This document shows positions 34,870 to 49,300 of a DNA stretch of 64,000 bases, piece after piece (within the stretch, counting starts at the first letter, position 1; each line of letters starts with the position of its first letter). Source of the stretch: Phoronis australis (lineage: Eukaryota > Animalia > Phoronida). The stretch spans positions 699,803 to 763,802 of the forward strand of contig NMRA01000024.1 in the NCBI GenBank assembly GCA_002633005.1, given 5' to 3'. Made by a program: the position numbers and the translations under genes. Below the pieces are notes generated by a model. The model worked only from the letters and a program-made list of their open reading frames with translations. It was not told the origin of the DNA and did not search any database.

Positions 34870-35900
34870 CATAGGCGGATTTAGGGGGGGTCCAGGGGGC
34901 CCNNNNNNNNNNNNNNNNNNNNNNNNNNNNNNNNNNNNNNNNNNNNNNNNNNNNNNNNNNNNNNNNNNNNNNNNNNNNNNNNNNNNNNNNNNNNNNNNNN
35001 NNNNNNNNNNNNNNNNNNNNNNNNNNNNNNNNNNNNNNNNNNNNNNNNNNNNNNNNNNNNNNNNNNNNNNNNNNNNNNNNNNNNNNNNNNNNNNNNNNNN
35101 NNNNNNNNNNNNNNNNNNNNNNNNNNNNNNNNNNNNNNNNNNNNNNNNNNNNNNNNNNNNNNNNNNNNNNNNNNNNNNNNNNNNNNNNNNNNNNNNNNNN
35201 NNNNNNNNNNNNNNNNNNNNNNNNNNNNNNNNNNNNNNNNNNNNNNNNNNNNNNNNNNNNNNNNNNNNNNNNNNNNNNNNNNNNNNNNNNNNNNNNNNNN
35301 NNNNNNNNNNNNNNNNNNNNNNNNNNNNNNNNNNNNNNNNNNNNNNNNNNNNNNNNNNNNNNNNNNNNNNNNNNNNNNNNNNNNNNNNNNNNNNNNNNNN
35401 NNNNNNNNNNNNNNNNNNNNNNNNNNNNNNNNNNNNNNNNNNNNNNNNNNNNNNNNNNNNNNNNNNNNNNNNNNNNNNNNNNNNNNNNNNNNNNNNNNNN
35501 NNNNNNNNNNNNNNNNNNNNNNNNNNNNNNNNNNNNNNNNNNNNNNNNNNNNNNNNNNNNNNNNNNNNNNNNNNNNNNNNNNNNNNNNNNNNNNNNNNNN
35601 NNNNNNNNNNNNNNNNNNNNNNNNNNNNNNNNNNNNNNNNNNNNNNNNNNNNNNNNNNNNNNNNNNNNNNNNNNNNNNNNNNNNNNNNTTTTTTTGCCTT
35701 TTTTTCTTGGATAATACTTCAGGAATCAAGGAAAAAGCTTGAGTTTTAGAGGTAAAAACAGAAAAATTTCCTGGGCGGGAGGGGGGCAAACCCGTTTGCC
35801 CCCCTCCCGACCTCCCCCCATTCGGTGGTTCACTTTGCGCAAATGCTTGCAGCCGGACAAAATGTTGGCCCCCTCTTGTGATATCCTAGATCCGCCACTG
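34870..35900 (+). mobile_element. Non-autonomous DNA element CATAGGCGGATTTAGG...CCTAGATCCGCCACTG spanning an assembly gap
   Basis: Imperfect TIRs at both ends; the 3' part matches 23990-24161. Confidence 0.65.
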
Positions 35901-36490
35901 ACATATTATGTCAGTGCGGAAGCGTGTCCCGTAGTGACGTAGCCAGTCCAACGTGAAGAATCGAGTAAACGAAAGACTTGGGACACATGGTTCCCTTGTA
36001 CCCCTCTCCCACCCCTCCCCAGTGTGCGCCAGTGCTCATCAGGACTGGCGATGTGACGTTGATCGATCTTTAAAATGAAATTCCATCTTCTAGGCAGCAG
36101 GGCACCTTTAGCTGGAAGTGACACCTCTGTGCTGCAGTACACAGCATAACAAGACCCTAGTATAGTAAACGGATTAAACACACGAATTCAGCGGTCACAG
36201 TCCAACGGTTTGTTTGTAGAGAGCCAACTTGACAAGTAAGCAACTCTTTTAAGCAATTTCAATTTATTTTGGCAGGAAACCAAAGTAGGGAATTTATTTA
36301 ATTTATGCTCGTGAAGCACATGCGTAATTCACGCTCCTAAAACACGGGCTTGTCTTTATGCCCGCCATAATTTACCAGCGTATAATAACATGTTACGGGC
36401 AACCTTTCCCTCAACGGCCAACATTAGTTGAGTGCCTCTTCACGGACCCACGTGCATGAGCTGTAAACTGCACAGCCAGCTGTCGATCCA

Positions 36491-36630
36491 GCCTCCCGTT
36501 CAGTAACGCTAGAACCTCGCTAAAAAGCAAGACTTCGCGAGATTACGTGAGATATTGCCGTGTACTTTGAGTGAGAACACGTGACTTTGGTTAGATTTTA
36601 GCCAGGTCCTATCGTTACTGAATGCACGCC
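36491..36630. mobile_element. ~140-bp MITE with TIR CGTTCAGTAACG
   Basis: Inverted ends CGTTCAGTAACG / CGTTACTGAATG; a collinear second copy lies at 52320-52462. Confidence 0.7.
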
Positions 36631-37629
36631 TGGATTTTGTCTCTCGGGACAAATGTAGGGTGCGCTTGAGATTCCTTCATTATGGTAATCCCACAAAGCA
36701 GGGGGTCCTCAGTGTTCTCCAGTTGCGGTGCGCGGCGGTGCCGTAGTAGTAAATTTATAGGTGTGTTTACGCCCAAGTTCCGGAGTATCATCTCGTGCGT
36801 CTACGCGCCAGTACACCTGAATGGTAAGTACACCAAGTAGACGCTACATTGAAAATGAAAAGGTGGTGTACTCAATGCGTTCACGTGCGTCGAATCCCAC
36901 TACACCATTGGTGCCCGGTTGCACGAATCGGATACAAATAAGTTTCCTAAATCTTCTACGTATTTGTTTACTTACAAAGGTAATATTTTTTTCATATCAC
37001 TTATCTTTATTGTGAGCTCCTCTTTGACTAAAGATACTTTCTAATAACATGTCTAAAAATTGAGACATTATTTCAGTGAAACTAATTAGGGACTTAGTCC
37101 TTAAATTAGGGTCGTTGGATGAAAAGATACCCATTTATTTTCATTAATATTGAGAATTCAACATAGAGATTTCTCACGGTGCGTATCAAAGCCAAAATCT
37201 GACTTAATGAGAATAAAACAGCATTAGAAAGGATAATCCGTGTTTTCATCAAAGCTCCGCAAATTCGGGGAAATGTTGAGTCTCATGTAACCGGCCACTG
37301 GACCCCCTCTGGATACGTGTCGACACAGGAGCTTTGGTTCGCAGAATTAGAAATATCGAGACAAGTCAAACAAAAGGTAGATCTAACTTTAGCGCGTAAT
37401 TCTAGCTCACGTAGTAGATCTACTCAGTCGTATACTGTAACTGGTGTCTGTTCCATTAACGAAATTAAATCGGAAGTTATACTCTCAAGGAAACACTCAA
37501 CGTTTTAACTTAATTGTCTGAACCCAGCTGATGTTTCCCGAGAGAAAACAAATAAAACAACTACTGATGCCAACTTTTATTTGTTACAAAATGAACCTTC
37601 GATAATGCAATCAAAACACGTTCACTAGG

Positions 37630-37894
37630 CATGGGCGCATCCAGGGGGGGGGGTGCTCGAACGAGCCCCCCAATTTGGCGAATTGGGCAAGAAGGTCCGC
37701 CTTAGTGAAACAAAAAGTCCGAGTAAACGAGACAAAAGTCCACAAAGACCACAGAAAGTTGGCGCGGATGCACAATTCGTAGGCCTGGACCTAGTGCCCC
37801 CCCTTTTTAGTCTTTGTTGATTTTTTTCAGTATAAGGTCCGCACCACGATGAAAAATTCGAGCCCCCCTATATTTTAGGCTGGTTGCGCGCATG
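37630..37894 (+). mobile_element. Copy of the CATGCGCGCACC MITE family
   Basis: CATGGGCGCATCCA ... TGGTTGCGCGCATG; flanks CTAGG/CTAGC; internal match to 31271-31509. Confidence 0.75.
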
Positions 37895-40365
37895 CTAGCA
37901 CAGTTCATATAATTTCATCAATGCCGTTTCAACATACATCATTTGTGAGCCCGTGCCAATTTTTCTAGGAAAGTGCAACTACAATACAATACAAGCAACG
38001 GATTGTTTTGGCTTTAGCGTTGTGTGGGTAATGATCCAATTTCGCAGAACACGCAGATCCTTGAATCGGGAGCAATAACTTTGCGAGAGGAACAGCTCAA
38101 ATGTCGCCATGCGTCATTACTAAACATATGAAACGAGTTTTTATTACGGGCGTATCAGTGCTGCCACTGGTGGATGTGAGGATCGCTTAGGTTTACGCTC
38201 CTGTGTTAGGAAAACTGCGTGGACACAAGGGTTGAGACAGGTCGGACTACCGATGGGGCCAAAGCGAAAAGTCATGGAATCATGTTTAGTCATAATTTTT
38301 CAATAGAAGAATTGGTAGCAGCCAGATCTTGGAATAGGCAGAGCATAACCTGCCGCCTCTGATACGCATGACACTGGATTAGAAATTTCCCGGGTGAGCG
38401 ACAAGCGCCAAAAGATTCTTAAACGAGTACATTTCTGTCCGTCCAAATGTGCTTATTCAACGCACATAGTTGCTTGATCACTACGAATAATTGGTTGGTT
38501 AACGCGCAGAATTTGTTCTCTTCTTGCACATATTCATTGCGCAGAATTGGTAATTCAACTTGCAGAATTGCCTGCTCAACGCGCACCGTATTATGTCCAG
38601 TCAAAGAGTATGTAGCCTACCGTCGACAGGAGGCAGCACAGACGAAACGTGGCGGAACTGATGCGTTGAATAAACACATTTTAACGCGCAGAAAGGTGCT
38701 CGTTTCATAAGACATTAGTGCGAATACGTCAGGCTGTCAAGATACTCTTGCGTTGGGTGCTCGCAGGCTAACCGCGAAGCAGTCAACAAGTCAGCTGCTC
38801 GTGCGTTATGTTTATTTCCTGGTAATGATTGAGCAGCAAAACAGTCGGTTCATCTCCTCTTGCAAGCATTCACAAGAGCCACGGAATTAAGAGGATACGA
38901 AATCCGGTTTGGTCTATTAACAGATGATAAAAACGACATTCCCATCCAATTCTCTGAGACAAAACAGAACTCTATAACTGTCGACAACCCTCAAAAGTTT
39001 GGAGGAAAAATGAAATCTCTTCTTTTCGAAGTGCGCTAAACGATAAGCGTGACCTATGCTTTTCATGAATTACAAGGCAATTGTGGAGAAGACCACCCAC
39101 CAAGAATCATAATATCGAATCTGTGACATTGGCAGTATTGATTTTTAGTTGATTCCTGCTTTTGCCTTTCAAGATGAAGCATTACCATGTGCCACAACGA
39201 GGATTGGCTGAAATCACAGGATTTAGTATCTTTTTAAAAACAGCTTTCCCACGATGCATCTCTATGGTAATTATAACCCTCGACAATCTTTCGAAGTCTG
39301 CTAAACATACGATCGTGACGTACGCTTTGGACCGTCACACGACACCTGCTGGGAAAGACCACCAACTAAGAATCATAATATCCAATCTGTGGCTCAGACA
39401 GTTTGATCTTTTCGTTGAATCCTGCTTCTATCATTCAAGTGGGGTCGCCAATGGTCCATTAGCACTCGTGGCAAAATGAGGACTTAGTGAAATCAGTAAA
39501 AAGAATTTGGTATCCTTTTCAATGAAATGTATCACGACAATATACAAAGGCACACCGAACACCCAATTTGACTTACACACTAAACAAAATATAACTGCCT
39601 CCGGGAATAAGTGAATTTTAGGCGTGTGCACCTATGTGGAAAACATTTGAGTAGGAATTATTGTCGTTGATTTCAAATGCAGCGCTTGGAAATTCAATTA
39701 TAGACCTATATACAGGAGATTATTTTTCACATTCAACTTTGTAACATGTAGTGTCACAAGAACCCCGGTTGGATTAGTTTTCTCGTTTAAAACACGGACG
39801 TCCTGCTGGCCGCAAACATGGATGCGTGTGCATCCCAAAGTATGGAATCCAGAAAGTGTCACGCAGGCGATGGTCTGCTGGTAGCTATAATTTGAATAGT
39901 TGCTTCTTGTTCACTCGTATCTAAGATATAAACTGATGTCCAGGCTGCTTGAAATACTACTAAACTAAACTCATTGTAGGCCTAGTTAGATGGCGGTACT
40001 GCTCGGGACAAAAGCTATCCCACAATCCTTTGTAGACCTACGCGTACACGACGTCTTTCCTTATCCGTGAAAAACAGTTAAATGGTCTCCAAGGTCATGC
40101 GGTACACGGGCAGTACTGCAGTGCAGTTGACAATTAATTGGGCTTTTAAGCCTACACAGCGTTAATTAAGTAATGTTGAGACACGAACTTGAAACTCAGC
40201 AGCCCTTAAGTTGACGTTGAAGCAATAGAATGAGAACTATTCGTTCATGGTTGATCATGTGTAATTAGGGAACGCTAAGTAGCCGAATTAAAAATCCAAA
40301 ATAAAGGTTTCTCCCCAAACCGTGAACTAAAATAGCTGTTTTCAAAGTCAGTGCTGCTTGAGGCG

Positions 40366-43300
40366 TCAAGGTACAGCAACAGATGCAGGCGAACACTGGT
40401 GACATTCGTCAAGGGGTTTTAGCAAATGCCATTGGGCCACAGGCGATCTTTGACACGATACCATTCGTAACCAATGAGATGCTTCATGAGATCCAGATGA
40501 GTATTTTCCAAGCACGATTCGACCAATCACACTGTCTCTACTTTTCGGAATTTGGCTACATACGCTGATCACCAGGTTGCATTGACTGAGAGAGGCGGGA
40601 TTCACCGTGAAACTAAGACACTCGTTAAACATGGGATCTATAGTATTCTTCTTTGTTGAGGTCTTCTTTATTTTCACCATCTTTTCGTCCAACAAGAGTG
40701 CCACTTTCACGAAAGGATCTGAAATGGTGACTTGTTAGTCTTACTTTACTTAAAATATATCTTTAGAGTAACTCGTTAACAGACTTCCACTTGCTGTACT
40801 GAATTGTTGAGAGTCAGTAACATTTTAATGTAATTGTAATTATAATAAAATTTTGAAATAACTTTGAAGAGGCCCGGAAAGCGAAAAACCGACTAAATTG
40901 CATTATTCGAAGTAGTTGTCTGCCACTGAAACAGGATTCAACCTGTTCACAAGGTACTTTTGTAATTGGTTCTGAAAATTTCATTAGGTGGGGGAAGTGA
41001 ATAACTCCGTAGCAGATGTAGTGACAAGGGAATGGTACTTTCGTCAGGAAATGTTTAACTGATATTTTTGACAATCTTTAAATGTCGAATAAAGGGATCA
41101 AAGCAGCTTGAATTTCCACTGCAAAGCATGAACCACAAAGATGGTTTTGCGTGTGGCTCATATTTTTGTTTAGCCATAGATCTCGTAGGAACTCAGCAAG
41201 ATTTACTCAGACCCAAGGAAGAAAATCGCGAAGTAAAAAGACAAAAGCAGCAAAGTCAAATTTTTTTTCAATATAAGTGCCCTTCAATCCTCATGCATGA
41301 TATACACGAAACCTGCAGGAAACTGTGAGCTCACCTTTCCTTGACGGGGTGCTCTACTATTATTCGTATGAAGATGATGAGTTGAATATATCAGTTTTTG
41401 GCCATAGTAAGATAAAAAATGGACAATCGCCGTGCAAATAAAAAAGTTCATATTCATTCGACGTTTCGTCTATTCATTAGAAATCATCAGGTTACAAAAC
41501 CTGATGATGTCTAATGAATAGGCGATACGTCGAATCAAGATGAGTTAGCCACTTGACAAATGTACATATTTTTTATCACAACGGATAAAGCCATTTTTGG
41601 TTGCAGTTGTAAGTTAATAGTCAGTCTTCAATTTAACTTTAAAATTTTACTTACAGTTCATTGAAATATCGGTCATTATGACCGAAAAAGTGACTCAACT
41701 CACGCTGGTCTCATCTGCTATAGTGCATGTTTTGATTAGTCAAGTTAGTATCGAACATCATGACAGGACCACTGATACTTCCGTCCTCTGATTGGCTTAT
41801 TTACACGCAGTGTATGAGGTCCGTTATGAAGTGATGTTGCCCAGAGGCCAATATCACCTTTCATTCAAGCGCCCAGAGGACATATGTCGCTGTTCCTAAA
41901 CCTGGCCAATTACACTCTACAGAAACCGTAACTCATGATCGTGTAAACAAAACAAGCATACGACAATAGTACATCAAAGCAGGTAAAAAAGCCAATTTAG
42001 TCCGAAACCAAGAAATCGGAGAAACGACGCATCGGTGATCTTATAATGAAACAAATATAGTCCAATCCTTCGGGCTGTTAGATTGTATGGACATATTTGT
42101 ATACACGAAGTTTGAACTTGTTAACTAACGTTAAAATATAAAACGCCTACCTGTTCCGCCCATAATATCAGTCTGAAGAAGCTGGTGAGCTCGGATAATG
42201 TCAACGTTCAGTCTGCCCGCGCTTGGTAGGTAATTTATAGATGTGAGTATTTCTCCGAGATCAGGTCTTTTCTGTGGAAACAACATTACAATTACCCGAA
42301 GCATATACAATTAGTGCGAATAAGAACAATTTTTGTCCTCGTTATGGTCAAAGGAATTAAGAACTCTTGCTGTTAACGTACATATTTTTGTACCCAGCAA
42401 CCTACACAAATGACAAAAAATTGCTAAGGCAACATAAACGTAGAAGTAAAGCTTTGCCTTAGCACTTTTCCTTTACGACTTTGTATCGACGTCGTATAAG
42501 ACAATAGGGTGCCCGCAGGTGGTCAAAAAGTCGTGTGCGACTTCTGGGTTGATAGAAATCTATATATTTAAATGAACAAGTCGTGTAGTTCGAAAAGTAA
42601 TCGTGTACAACAGTTGATTACGACTAGGTCGTACACAATTAAACCCTCTCTCCATGCATTTTTCCTATACGACTTCGAATGCGATTTCTGAGCTACAGAC
42701 TTTTGGACCAAAGCCTCGGTACACACTCCCATTGTCGANTTCTGAAAATTTCCTTAGGTGGGGAAGTGAATAACTCCGTAGCAGACGTAGTGAAATGGTA
42801 CTTTCGTCAGGAATTGTTTAACTGATATTTTTGACAATCTTTAAATGTCGAATAAAGGGATCAAAACAGCTTGAATTTCCACAGCAAAGCAAGAACCACA
42901 AAGATGGTTTTGCGTGTGGCTAATATTTTTGTTTAGCCATAGATCTCGTAGGAACTCAGCAAGATTTACTCAGACCCAAGGAAGAAAATCGCGAAGTAAA
43001 AAGACAAAAGCAGCAAAGTCAAATTTTTTTTTCAATATAAGTGCCCTTCAATCCTCATGCATGATATACACGAAACCTGCAGGAAACTGTGAGCTCATCT
43101 TTCCTTGACGGGGTGCTCTACTATCCTTCGTATGAAGATGAGTTGATTATATCAGTTTTAGGCCATAGTAAGATAAAAAAATGGACAATCACCGCACAAA
43201 TAAAAAAGTTCATATTCATTAGACGTTTCGTCTATTCATTAGAAATCATCAGGTTACAAAACCTGATGATGTCTAATGAATAGGCGATACGTCGAATCAA

Positions 43301-46300
43301 GATGAGTTAGCCACTTGACAAATATACAGTCAGTCTTCAATTTAACTTTAAAATTTTACTCACAATTCATTGAAATATCGGTAATTATGACCGAAAAAGT
43401 GACTCAACTCACCCTGGTCTCATCTGCTATAGTGTATGTTTTGATGAGTCAAGTTATTATCAAACATCATGACAGGACCACTGATGTTGCCGTCCTCTGA
43501 TTGGCTAATTAACACGTAGTGTATGACGTCCGTTATTAAGTGATGTTGCCCAGAGGCCAATATCACCTTTCATTCAAGCCGCCCAAAGGACATATGTCGC
43601 TGTTCCTAAGCCTGGTCAATTGCACTCTACAGAAACCGTAACTCATGACCGTGTAAACTAAACAAGCAGACGACAATAGTACATCAAAGCAGGTAAAAAA
43701 GCCAATCTAGTCCGAAACCAAGAAATCGGAGAAACGACGCATCGGTGATCGTATAATGAAACAAATATAGTCCAATCCTTCGGGCTGTTAGATTGTATGG
43801 ACATATTTGTAAACACGAAGTTTGAACTTGTTAACCAACGTTAAAATATAAAACGCCTACCTGTTCCGCCCATAATATCAGTCTGAAGAAGCTGGTGAGC
43901 TCGGATAATGTCAACGTTCAGTCTGCCCGCGCTTGGTAGGTAATTTATAGATGTGAGTATTTCTCCGAGATCAGGTCTTTTCTGTGGAAACAACATTACA
44001 ATTACCCGAAGCATATACAATTAGTGCGAATAAGAACAATTTTTGTCCTCGTTATCGTCAAAGGAATTAAGAACTCTTGCTGTTAACGTACATATTTTTG
44101 TACCCAGCAACCTACACAAATGACAAAAAATTGCTAAGGCAACATAAACGTGCCTTAGCACTTTTCCTTTACGACTTTGTATCGACGCCGTATAAGACAA
44201 TAGGGTGCCCGCAGGTGGTCAAAAAGTCGTGTGCGACTTCTGAGTTGATAGAAATCTATATATTTAAATGAACAAGTCGTGTAGTTCGAAAAGTAATCGT
44301 GTACAACAGTTGATTACGACTAGGTCGTACACAATTAAACCCTCTCTCCATGCATTTTTCCTATACGACTTCGAATGCGATTTCTGAGCTACAGACTTTT
44401 GGACCAAAGCCTCGGTACACACTCCCATTGTCGAATACAACGACTGTAGTTTACCATGAGTGGGTAAGGTTGCTAAATAACTACGTGTACGTGTATCATT
44501 AAAGATTACATCAAGGCTGTAATGAAATTGGGCCTTATTACCAGGACGCAGTTGCGGAAAAGTTATACGTTGGTGAGCAACAGTGACGTCACATTATCAC
44601 GCGCCACGATGCCAAAGTTGAACAAAACATTTGATGTCATGCAAAATCAAACTTACGTTGCGGACAAGTTTGAAAGTTTTATGCGACCCAGTCCAGAAAT
44701 TTAACATCCGACTTACAAAGCACAGGACTTATGATTTCTTAATCATTACGAATCTAGTAAGAAATCCAAAAAACTAAGGAATAATGGAACTTTCAGTCAT
44801 TCAAGGTAGTTAGTTCTATGTGTCGTGTGTGTATTGTAGTGTGTAGTGTATTGTTCATTTATCTGCTGCGATCGTTATTACCGGATATTGTTATTCCCCA
44901 TGGATAATTCAAACTTACCCGGCAATCACGTTATTCTAGATACGGTGCTTTTTATCGATTTTATTCATTTTTAAAAGCAATTTTCACTGAAATGTACAAT
45001 TAATCCGAAAATGTAAAATTCCACCGTTTTGCGGAGCACGGTTCCTTTTTAGCTGGCATTTTTCATTATTTTTGGATGGGATACACTTCATGGAATTTAT
45101 TAACTTTGACCATAGCTATAAAACAACAGGTCCGCTGTGTATTTTTGATTTTCTTACAAATCACAAATTCTCACCGTTGTCCATGACATTCGTTGAAACG
45201 AAGGGCGGTGACTCAATTAAACACGCTTAAAGTACTCTGAAATTTATTGAATGGGGCTTACTGGTCTGCCACCAGAGGGCAAGACTGCTACCGTGGGGGC
45301 TGCAGGCTCCATTCCGCGCTGAGGCGGATCTTAAAAAATAGCCTTTCTCGCAGAGCATGTTTCCTTAAAATCAATTCGGGATCCGGTGAAACATGGTTAA
45401 AAGCCGCACCCAGGCCATAACCCTACTCTAAAAACAGCGGCAGGGTAGGTCTCCGGCGGAGCATCGGCTACATCGAGTGGACACCGAACAAACCTTGACG
45501 TCCCAGAACACGCTTATGTCGAACAGCCGCCGGCAAGGATCCGACCGAACACAGGAATGGATGTCCGNACCATCCAATCATCTGACGGATAAAAAAATAT
45601 AGCCTGTATTCCAGCTCGATCGCCCTCCGCACTTCAGAGTACACACGGCTAAATCACCCGAAGACCATCTATCTTGGCTTACGGAACGGAAACAGAAGGT
45701 TTAATTACTACATGACGTCAACAAAAAAGCACCAAAATTTTAGTTTGGTAATTATCTTGCAAAAAACTGACGTTAATGAGAGCGATCACTATAAATTACA
45801 TTTACACAATTTCCGTGCTATGTAGCAGCGGGCTATCCATAATTGTGTGTTGCGTGATTATCATGCACTTGTTAAACAGTAAGTCATTCACTAGTGGCAA
45901 CCAATAGGACTAGGGCTTGAAGATTTCGACAATTCCTCTTCAAAATAACGAAAACGCAAGACCAATTTCAGAGCGTTAACGGTGTTAGTAAAATTATGAA
46001 TGGATAGTTCCTTTCGCAAAAAGAGTTAAGGCAATAAAGGAATTTAACTCCACTGACACGAAGGCAATTCTCATCTCTTTCCAGCCAACGAACAACAACG
46101 GTAGTTAACTAAGACTACAATGAATATTTCACATCCTGAATAAATGATTTGAAATTGCCTCCTACTGCTAAAGGAAGGTGGTAAAAAGTGAGCGCCTCAC
46201 ACAAGGGTAATTCGAAATCTTTCTGGGGATAACGAAGACAGTGGAGGTTACTCTGCCTAAATTTCAGGTATTCTCTTAATGAAGATGATTTCTGTACAAA

Positions 46301-49300
46301 GTTAGCAACTGGCAACAGAACACGTCTTCTGTGTCCACAGAAATATCACGAGCTGCAAAACAACTCTAACAATCGATGTTGACATTGGGGTGGTAATGAA
46401 TTCCCTTCCATGTTGTTGCCATATCAAGCACATTTCACAATCCATAGAGTATACCTTTAGTGTAGTCTTTCCCGGGCTGATTTACTCTATTTCAAATAAT
46501 GTGCTTCATACAAAAATAAGGCTTTCGTCGGCATGCCTTTGTCATTGTTCATAGTCTCATTTGAACTACTTTAGTATACATTATGGATGCAGTGTTATCT
46601 TCTTGCAAGGCAATTCGTAAACTAAAACTCAGGTGTTCTTGGCAAAAAGTCAAAACCCCACCCATTGACGGTAATCGGAATTTACTCGTTTAATTAATAC
46701 TTACGACAGGTCGTTTCCTTGACACAAACAACCATTTGTATCACGGGCTTTGATACACGTCTATCAAAAGACAGATTCAGTTAATTATCGGCCGTGATTA
46801 GCGAATGCGCGATATTTCGTTTGACTAAGGGCACACTGCATCAAATGTTCGTGTAATTTGAGCTACATATGGAAAATAACAGAAAGCATAAAGTGGCGCT
46901 TTAATACGTGGAAAAAAATTGTAATTAGTCACTGAAAAATTAACAGACGTGATTTTTTTAATTTTTCATGGTGGATTTAGCGAAAGCTGTCCTTTTGCCT
47001 ATGGGCTCTAAGTCGACTTAAGATATGAGTGATGTTCCTTATTTCCTTTAGAGAAATAACGGAGGCTTTTACGCGTTAAAACAATTTTTATCACGCCAGT
47101 AAGGCGGCATTTTCTTGTCAGTCATCTTCAGCTCAGGTCAAGTTCATTCCAAATAAAATTTGTCAGCTTTCTCACGACGTTGTCATAATCGTTTTAAGAT
47201 ATACACGAAGTAAAGTACATGATAAGCACCCAGGCTAAAAAATTGGGGGGCTCGAATTTTTGAGAATGCGGACATTTTACTAAGATTCACGGAGTACTTT
47301 CTGAGCTATGAATGTGTATTCGACGAATTTAGGTTGTTCCCGCTTTTCAGTGGACTTTTGTCTCGTTTTTTACTTTTTCGGAGTCTTTGTTCCTCTGGGG
47401 TGGACCTTTTTGCCCATTTCGCCAAATGGGGACCTTATATCAGTGCTCCCGATAAACGGAGTTTTTAAGGACAGCGGTTCTTGTATAAATCTGTTGATGA
47501 AGTACAAGGTGCCACGAAATGGGTAGAGTTTCCAATCACGTTGTCCAAGCTTTCTCTTTTGTCTTCTTTTTACTTATTAAAGCCAAGCGCTGAGCTTCAT
47601 GTTTTTGAGTAGGCGTGTACATTTTCCACAACACATGGTCATCAGTTCACAATGACGATTTCAGATATTAGGGCCTAACAGAAAATTTGACCCACAGGTT
47701 CGATTCACAGTAACATTCTCAAGAACCTTTTGTGGAACCAGTTCATTGGTCTCATTTGTTCATTTCCTCAAGACAAAAATGCATTTAAAGTCGTATTTCG
47801 CCTTGTATCACTGACTAAAAATGAAGATCGAAATGTGCCGCCCACTCGTATAATCACGATCTCGTATCACTCCTTACCGAGGTAGGATTCTATTTCCAAT
47901 ACCAAAATGACGTCGGGACCACCAGCAACTCAAGATTATGCGAGAGAAGAAAGTCGAATTCGATATTCGTTCTTAGCCAGCCAAACAGGGCGAAATACTG
48001 TTTCAGGATAACCGCCGGTTGACTAAGGAGCATTCATTCGCACACGCCCGGTGCCCTCATTTCACTCACGTTCCAAGCCCAACTGCATGCCGGGAATGGC
48101 GACGCAAATTGCTCACTGGCGTGTTAGCAAGCTACGCTAATCTGACTGTTGATGAATGAGGCTGTGAAATTTTGATGATCAGAAATCAATTTTACATCAA
48201 CTAATGCAACTACACCTTTCAGAGACAATAAAGCGAGTCACGTAGCTGTCCGGGTGCAGCCTGGGTGACTAAGCCAAAAGCAGTGTTTTGGATCTGGTTT
48301 GCTCTCGACTGATTATTGGAGCAACGAAAAGGGGGAAACCACACGGTCGCTCATTTTTGTCAAACATTTCATCCTTTTCCCAAAGACCTTACAAATACTG
48401 ACAGCTTAGTTTTTAAAGAACTTGCTAGTCAACTCACCTAGAATCCCCCGGACTTTGACGACCCGAGACATACAAACACGTATCGCGACTCGGCGAAAGG
48501 GGTAAAATTAGAGACGCAATCTCACCGTGCTAAAGCCCCTGAAAAGGATTCCACTCCAAAACACTAGTTAAACCAACGATACTTAATCATGACACTGCCT
48601 CGTTTAAAAGTTTCACTTGGAACTCCCTGTGGTGGCGCTGCGAAAGGATATGGGCGTGCCCCTTAAAAGACCTACGGCTTACCCCCTCCCCCTTATTTAT
48701 TTTATTGTCAACATTTATCATCATCTGTTATCTGTTGCTATTGTTGTTGTTATTGTTGTTGTTATTGTTGTTGTTGTTGTGTTGTTGTTGTTGTTGTTGT
48801 TGCTGCAGCTGCTGCTGTTCTTTGTTGCTGTAGTTGAATATTTTTATCATCACCTGTAGTCTACGGTTTGTACTGTACCATTACTTGTTGACAAAAGATT
48901 TTGTGCCGAACGCGCGAAGTTCACGCACGAAAGACCACAGATTAGGAAGAAACTTAACAAAGCCAGTGTGAGCTGTTGCGTTTTTTTAAGAACTAGGTCA
49001 GTTGCGTTCTCATCAAATGTTTAAAATGACACCTCCTACGGGTATAGGGTTTTGAATGCAACCATCCGAGTCCTTCAGATGGAGTCTGTCTTCTTCTGTA
49101 TTACATGCATCCCTCTGAGTTAATTTTCACAATAAAATAACATACCGCCAAGCCCTGTTTCCTTCTTGTACATGTTCACGATTTTGCTGAAACTCCTTAA
49201 AATCGTACCAATCAGCATCCTTGTGATATTCGCGTGTTACACCAACGACTAGAGGAAAGTCTTACCTTTGGACAGGGGAGCAGGAAACGACGCAACGGTT

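Larger units (their letters stand above)
29067..34902. repeat. Duplicated block (29067-31928 vs 32205-34902), probable haplotype pair, including Kazal A exon 1 (second copy 33449-33476)
   Basis: Collinear copies separated by an N gap. Exon 1 differs only synonymously (TTT vs TTC). The copies are somewhat more diverged than the other pairs. Confidence 0.75.

Noticed and set aside
30059-34872. Cluster of 60-100-aa ORFs present twice
   Set aside because: They are repeated only because the block is duplicated; they overlap MITEs and show no recognisable domains.
34881-35789. Long ORFs of 302 aa (and 268 aa at 54942-55748)
   Set aside because: Artefacts of N runs.
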